Below, piece by piece: positions 58,739 to 64,000 of a DNA stretch of 64,000 nucleotides (positions are counted from its first letter, which is position 1; each line of letters starts with the position of its first letter). The DNA comes from Myxococcota bacterium (lineage in GTDB: Bacteria > Myxococcota_A > SURF-8): NCBI GenBank assembly GCA_963674735.2, contig CAXXQS010000001.1, positions 1,664,001-1,728,000 on the forward strand, written 5' to 3'. The position numbers and the translations under genes are program-made. The notes under the pieces were generated by a model that ran no database searches, was not told where the DNA came from, and saw only the letters and a list, made by a program, of their open reading frames with translations.

Positions 58739-59944
58739 ATGGCCGCATCCGCTCCACCGATCTATTTGCCTCTCAGTAAGCTCGATGCGTGCTGGCGCGA
58801 GCGCTTCGCCGATAATCAGTCAATCAAACGCGCTTGGGCGGCTGCTCCGGGACGTGTGAATTTGATTGGGGAACATACGGATTACCACGGCGGCTTCGTC
58901 ATGCCGGCCGCCATCGATCTTAAAACTTACGTGTGGGCGGCACCGCGCAAAGACAATCGCCTGCGCTGCTATTCCATTAACCTGGATGAAAGCTTCGAGG
59001 CGGACCTCGATCATCCCGACCCCGAAAAGCTACCCGGTTGGGCACGTTACATCGCCGGGGCGGCCTGGGCTTTGCGCGAAAGTGGTTTCGCTCTGGACGG
59101 CATCGATGTAGTCGTGTGGGGGATGGTTCCGTTCGGCGGAGGCTTGTCCAGTTCCGCTTCTGTTGAAATTGCCTTCATTACACTTTGGGAAGCCCTTAAC
59201 GAACTGCCCCTTACTCCGCGCCACAAGGCTGAAATCGGACAGCTGGCCGAAAACAAATTCGTCGGCGTGCCATGCGGCATCATGGACCAGTTTGCATCAT
59301 CCGCCTGCAAAGCCGGACATGCGCTCAAACTCGACTGCCGCAGCTTGGAAACAGAATCCGTTGTAATACCGGACACATGGCGCATGGTTGTTTGCGACAC
59401 GGGTGTACGCCACGAACTTGCCTCATCGGAATACGCCAAACGCCAGGCTGAATGCGGCGAAGGTGTTAAACGGATTCAAACCGATCACCCGGATGTCGAA
59501 CTCCTGCGCGATGTCACCGACGGCATGCTGGATGCGGTTCGCGACGAGCTCGATCCGATCGTCTATCGCCGCTGCCGCTACGCACTCGACGAAAACAGCC
59601 GCGTCCACCGCTTCGCAAACGCTTTGCGCGACGGCAACGCCGACGTTGTGGGTGAAGTTATGGCGGCCGGACACGCCGGCCTGCGTGACGACTACAGCGT
59701 CAGTTGCGCGGAACTGGACCGCGCCGTTGAACTGGCTAACAACATTCCAGGGCTAATCGGCGCACGCATGACAGGCGGCGGTTTTGGCGGCTGCACGGTA
59801 AACTTGGTGCATGCCGAACAGGCCGATGCCTTTCGCGAAACGTTAGAAGATGCGTATAAAACTTTTTCCGGCGGCAAAGGTGGCGCACTACTTTTGAAGG
59901 CCGGCTCAGGTGCAGAAGGGGGAAGCCTTGACATCACTGAATGA
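58739..59944 (+). CDS. galK: Galactokinase
   Basis: GRVNLIGEHTDY, GGLSSSAS, CGIMDQ, GARMTGGGFGG. Confidence 0.93.
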   Translation: MAASAPPIYLPLSKLDACWRERFADNQSIKRAWAAAPGRVNLIGEHTDYHGGFVMPAAIDLKTYVWAAPRKDNRLRCYSINLDESFEADLDHPDPEKLPGWARYIAGAAWALRESGFALDGIDVVVWGMVPFGGGLSSSASVEIAFITLWEALNELPLTPRHKAEIGQLAENKFVGVPCGIMDQFASSACKAGHALKLDCRSLETESVVIPDTWRMVVCDTGVRHELASSEYAKRQAECGEGVKRIQTDHPDVELLRDVTDGMLDAVRDELDPIVYRRCRYALDENSRVHRFANALRDGNADVVGEVMAAGHAGLRDDYSVSCAELDRAVELANNIPGLIGARMTGGGFGGCTVNLVHAEQADAFRETLEDAYKTFSGGKGGALLLKAGSGAEGGSLDITE

Positions 59945-61763
59945 CCTGATCAACGACTACCCGGCACTCGCCGAGGTACTGATCGACCCGCAGGTCGAAG
60001 CTCGGATGACCGAGCTAACCGAACTCGGACTCGCCGCATCGATCCGAAAATACATGGGAAACGCCGACCGCGAAACCTGGAATCGTTTTCTCGATGCTTG
60101 TATTCAGCTTGATCTAGCTCATCTGCGTCACCACCGAGAAGCTCTGCTGAATCCCGAAGAAAACCCACCCGAGTCGAATCTCGAACCGTTGAAAGCCGAT
60201 CCGGATCAAGCCGAAAACGCTTCTACGGATCTAAAGAAAGGGCTGGAGGCACTCGCCGCAGGCCGCATCGGAACGGCCGTCTTCGCGGGAGGAGCAGGCA
60301 CTCGTTTCTTCAAGGAATGGCCCCAACTCGCCGATGTCGTCTCCAGTCCCAATGAAGCTCTGCGCTCCAACTGGCCCGAGGCATCCAACCCCAAGGGCAT
60401 GTTTCCGATTTCACCGGTACAAGGCCTGTCTTACTACCAGCGTGTCGCCGCCGAAACCCTGGAAGCAGGTGTTGCGACGGGTTGCTTGCCTCCGTTGCTG
60501 TTTATGACCAGCCGCCTCACGCACTCCGCGACCGAGGCCTGGCTCGATCGGGATCCCCTGTGGGGCATGCCCAAAGACGCCATTATCCTTTTCCGGCAAG
60601 GAGAAATCCCGCGACTGGACGCCGAGGGCGATCTGATCATTCAGCCCGACGGCGACCCGCTGTGGACCGGCAACGGTCATGGCGGCATCTACGCTGCCCT
60701 GAGCCAGTCATCCGAGGGACACCGTTCCGTTCTTGAAGATCTGAAGCGTGCCGGTGTGGAACATTTGCTGTTGGGCAATGTTGACAATGCCGCTCTCAGC
60801 CCCCTTGAACCGACACGCATCGGCTATCACCTGCGTAAAAACAATCAATTCACCCTGACGGTCGTACGCCGTAGCGATCCCACCGAAAAAGTCGGGATGA
60901 CCTGTCGTTACGCCGATACGCAACGTGTGGAAGTAATCGAATATAGCGTCCTCGATCCGGCCTTATCCGCCCAACCGGACCCGGCGGGCGGGCTACGTTT
61001 CGACGGCGCTCATATCAACAGCAATCTGCTGGCTCTCGAAGCCCTGCGTAGCGATCTGCCCGGCACTCTGTACACCGACAAACCCGTGAAGGTCGGGGAG
61101 CGCTCTGTGGCGTCCAGCACATTGGAATTCCTCAACCAACACCTCTCCGGCTTGCTCGATCCGTCCCGCGTATCGGTCTACGAAGGAATGCGCGAAGCGT
61201 ATTTTCTCCCGACAAAGGCGATTGTCGGGCGCGACTCGGTTGAAAGCACCATCCATGCCTTGTCGGAAACTGCAGCCAACACGCTGGAACGCTTGGGGGC
61301 CAATATCGCCTGCGACCAAAGCGGTGCGGCGGCTTTGGTCGAATGGCATCCCTGCATGGGCGGAAGCGACAACGATCTGTCTTCACGCGGACTGGCCAAA
61401 GGCTGGCACTGCGAAGCGGGCAGCCGCCTCTATCTGTGCGTCCGCCACGGATTGAAAGCTGACCTTCCTCCGTTCAGCAGCGGCTTGAATCTGGAAAGAA
61501 CGGCCACATTCATTTTGCGCGCAGACCATCCGTATGGTGACTTGGAATTCGACCCAGCCACTCGCCGCATCCGTGAAACCCCCGAAAGTGCAGGCAAAGT
61601 GTCGGTGGGGCGAAATGTCAGAATTCAGGCCGGTATACGAGTGGTTATCGATATCGAAGGCGACGGTCGCCTGACGATCGCCGATGATACCGTTTTCGCC
61701 GACGACGTCGAATTGCGTGTCCCTGCCGGACAACACATGCTACTGGGTATTCCAACAGCATAA
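59928..61763 (+). CDS. UDPGP-family (UAP/USP-type) UDP-sugar pyrophosphorylase
   Basis: AGGAGTR, PKG, GNGHGG, NVDN, EKVG, IEYS, FLPTK; beta-rich C-terminal tail. Start uncertain (59910 or 59928). Confidence 0.8.
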   Translation: MTSLNDLINDYPALAEVLIDPQVEARMTELTELGLAASIRKYMGNADRETWNRFLDACIQLDLAHLRHHREALLNPEENPPESNLEPLKADPDQAENASTDLKKGLEALAAGRIGTAVFAGGAGTRFFKEWPQLADVVSSPNEALRSNWPEASNPKGMFPISPVQGLSYYQRVAAETLEAGVATGCLPPLLFMTSRLTHSATEAWLDRDPLWGMPKDAIILFRQGEIPRLDAEGDLIIQPDGDPLWTGNGHGGIYAALSQSSEGHRSVLEDLKRAGVEHLLLGNVDNAALSPLEPTRIGYHLRKNNQFTLTVVRRSDPTEKVGMTCRYADTQRVEVIEYSVLDPALSAQPDPAGGLRFDGAHINSNLLALEALRSDLPGTLYTDKPVKVGERSVASSTLEFLNQHLSGLLDPSRVSVYEGMREAYFLPTKAIVGRDSVESTIHALSETAANTLERLGANIACDQSGAAALVEWHPCMGGSDNDLSSRGLAKGWHCEAGSRLYLCVRHGLKADLPPFSSGLNLERTATFILRADHPYGDLEFDPATRRIRETPESAGKVSVGRNVRIQAGIRVVIDIEGDGRLTIADDTVFADDVELRVPAGQHMLLGIPTA

Positions 61764-61864
61764 AACGTGACGCAAAAAGATCTGGAGGGAAGCATTCGCA
61801 CCTTGACAAGGCGCGCCATTTCAGGGATAACCGCAGGCGAACGTTGATAATTAAGGAGAAATCG

Positions 61865-62992
61865 ATGGCAAAAGCCAAAGTAGCGGTTTTGAGAACCCGA
61901 CCGGAAACAGCGGTCGAAGATTACCGACGATTGATGGAACTGGCGGGGGCCGATCAGGCGATGGATACCTCCGCCACGACCATCTTAAAAGACAATATCA
62001 CGTGGCACCTCGCCTTTCCGGGCGTCAATACCACTCCTTGGCAGCTTGAAGGCACCTACCTGGGTCTGAAAGATCTGGGCTTCGGTGAAATCGTGGATGT
62101 ACACAACCACACGGTCGTGACCGACCCGCACAAAGGCGAAGTCAATCTGCACTTCAAGGCGGTATATGACAAATACGAGATCCCGCGCAAGTTCAATTTC
62201 CTTGAGTCGGACATGCGTTGGGATATTTACCAGCCCAAAGCGAAAATGCACGCACTGGACAAGATTTTTCCCGATGGAATCCGGGTACCCGATTACTTCC
62301 ACGGCAAGAACATCGTGCATCTTCCCACCATGAAAACGCACACTTACACCACCTACACCGGCGCATTGAAAAACGCCTTCGGCGGTCTGCTGAACTTCCG
62401 GCGGCACTACACTCACACCTGGATTCACGAAACCCTGGTGGACCTGCTGGCCATCCAAAAAGAGATTCATACCGGTATTTTCGCCACTATGGACGGCACC
62501 AGCGCGGCCGAAGGGCCCGGTCCCCGCACCGTGATTCCTCACGACAAAAACGTGATTTTGGCCTCAGCCGACCAAGTCGCCATCGATGCCGTCTCGGCCA
62601 AAGCCATGGGCTTCGATCCCATGTCGATTCCCTGCATTCGCATGGCCCACGACGACGGACTGGGTATCGGCGACCCGCGCGAAATAGAGATTGTCGGCGA
62701 TGATTTCATCCTGAACGAAAACTGGGGCTTCACCGTTGGTGCGAACTTCGCGACCGGAACCGGTAAGTTGCTGTGGCACTCGCCGCTGAAAGTCTTCCAG
62801 AACCTGCTGTTCCATTCTCCCCTGGTACACCTGTTCGTCAACGCCTCGGCGGTTTATCACGACCAGATATGGTATCCGATGAACGGCAAGAAAATCGTCG
62901 ACCATTGGCTCGACACCTCGCCCTGGGGAGCGCTGTTCAAGCAGTACGAACGTGCGGAGCAAATTCCCGAACGTCCGGCACACAAAAAATAG
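61865..62992 (+). CDS. DUF362 domain protein
   Basis: LKDNI.WH..PG..T, HLPTMKTH....TGALKNAFGG, GPGP, DQVAID. Confidence 0.82.
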   Translation: MAKAKVAVLRTRPETAVEDYRRLMELAGADQAMDTSATTILKDNITWHLAFPGVNTTPWQLEGTYLGLKDLGFGEIVDVHNHTVVTDPHKGEVNLHFKAVYDKYEIPRKFNFLESDMRWDIYQPKAKMHALDKIFPDGIRVPDYFHGKNIVHLPTMKTHTYTTYTGALKNAFGGLLNFRRHYTHTWIHETLVDLLAIQKEIHTGIFATMDGTSAAEGPGPRTVIPHDKNVILASADQVAIDAVSAKAMGFDPMSIPCIRMAHDDGLGIGDPREIEIVGDDFILNENWGFTVGANFATGTGKLLWHSPLKVFQNLLFHSPLVHLFVNASAVYHDQIWYPMNGKKIVDHWLDTSPWGALFKQYERAEQIPERPAHKK

Positions 62993-63018
62993 AGTAATTC
63001 GAGGATCGAAACTGATAT

Positions 63019-63046
63019 CGGGCGGCCTGCGGGTCGCCCGTTTTTT
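63019..63046 (+). terminator. Intrinsic terminator
   Basis: CGGGCGGCC-TGCG-GGTCGCCCG-TTTTTT. Confidence 0.85.
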
Positions 63047-63059
63047 GGGTAGATAAGAG

Positions 63060-63863
63060 TGACCTGACCCCCTAACGGGAATCCAGTTCTGATGTTAGAA
63101 TTCAGCTGAATTTCCTAGAAAGGAGTCGCGGTTATGGCGAAGCGAAGGAGTGTTGAAAACATCATCGGTCAGTTGCGCAAGGTCGAAGTTTTGCAATCCC
63201 AGGGGCAAACGATTGCGCAGTCTGTCAAGGCAATTGGCGTAACAGAGCAAACCTACTACCGTTGGCGCAAAGAGTATGGCCGTTTGAATCTGGACCAGGC
63301 CAAACGTCTGCGCGAGCTTGAGGATGAAAACGCCCGTCTGAAGAAGCTGGTGGCCGATCTGTCCCTGGACAAGGCGATCCTGAAGGAAGTTGCCGAGGGA
63401 AAGTTCTGAGCCCTGCGAAGCGGCAAGCGGCGGTGAGGCATGTGATGGCGATCCAGCATGTTTCCGAGCGTCGGGCTTGTTGCGTCCTGGGCCAGCCCCG
63501 TTCGACCCAACGTCGCGTTCGAATTTCTCGCTCGGACGAAGCTCTGCTGACCCAAGCTATTGTCAAATTGGCAAGCCGTTACGGACGCTACGGATATCGT
63601 CGGATCACTGCGCTCTTACGCGCAGACGGCTGGCGTGTCAACCACAAGCGGGTGGCTCGGATCTGGCGTGAGCAGGGATTGAAAGTACCGAAGAAGCAGC
63701 CGAAGCGCGGGAGATTGTGGCTGAATGATGGGAGTTGTATTCGACTGCGGTCACTCTTTACTGATCATGTTTGGAGCTATGATTTCGTGCAGGATCGCAC
63801 ACGCGATGGGAGAGCTTTGCGAATTCTGTGCGTGATCGACGAGTACAGCCGGGAGTGTTTGGC
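63060..63863 (+). mobile_element. IS3-family element (left part): IRL, orfA 63134-63409, orfB in the -1 frame, interrupted
   Basis: TG-starting IRL TGACCTGACCCCC..; OrfA HTH (TYYRWRKEYG..LKKLVADL.LD); G-GGA-AAG slippery heptamer at 63397-63403; OrfB RYGYRRI, NHKRV.R, WSYDF, DEYSRECL. Confidence 0.9.
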
Positions 63864-64000
63864 TGTACATCTTCAGCGAAAGTGGGACAAATGATGGTTT
63901 ATTTCTAAGGGAGAGGTTGAGCCATTTGTTGTTCGTTGCGGTACAGGCGGTTTCGGTTCCTGATCTTTCGGTTTTCAAGGGTTCTTCGCTTCAATTCGGC
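63864..64000 (-). mobile_element. End of a second IS (IS481-like) inserted into IS3 orfB
   Basis: TGT-starting terminal sequence TGTACATCTTCAGCGAAAGTGGGACA where orfB homology ends; minus-strand frame 64000-63905 (AELKRRTLENRKIRN..QPLP*) resembles a basic transposase C-terminus. Confidence 0.6.

Overview
GC-rich bacterial chromosomal window. Gene content (lnt, tatC, Mla, NfnAB, CckA-like hybrid kinase) suggests an anaerobic or facultative diderm of deltaproteobacterial/Myxococcota type; this is an inference. Housekeeping blocks are phoH-HD-ybeY-lnt (phoH and lnt each frameshifted at a C-run), nfnAB, dnaE, mlaEFD, rho and galK. There are two surface-glycan loci (neuA-HAD/MTase-gmhA/neuB/GT/hddA, and wzm-wzt-DUF362-ATP-grasp-3xGT4) and an IS3 element interrupted by a second, IS481-like IS at the right edge. 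The most striking pattern is six lipoproteins from five unrelated catalytic families (unknown helical enzyme, C25 protease, PNGase F, S45 acylase, two paralogous alpha/beta-hydrolases) that all carry an acidic DGD-repeat tether right after the lipobox Cys. This is a candidate lineage-specific surface-display or sorting module. Other notable items are a fused double non-canonical Ddl-like ligase next to DmpA, a TatC paralog lacking the twin-arginine-binding motifs and coupled to an orphan ParA, a hybrid kinase with a degenerate ATP-binding domain, and a GalK + UDP-sugar pyrophosphorylase pair. No rRNA, tRNA or CRISPR array was seen. All calls come from motif recognition by eye; no database searches were run.
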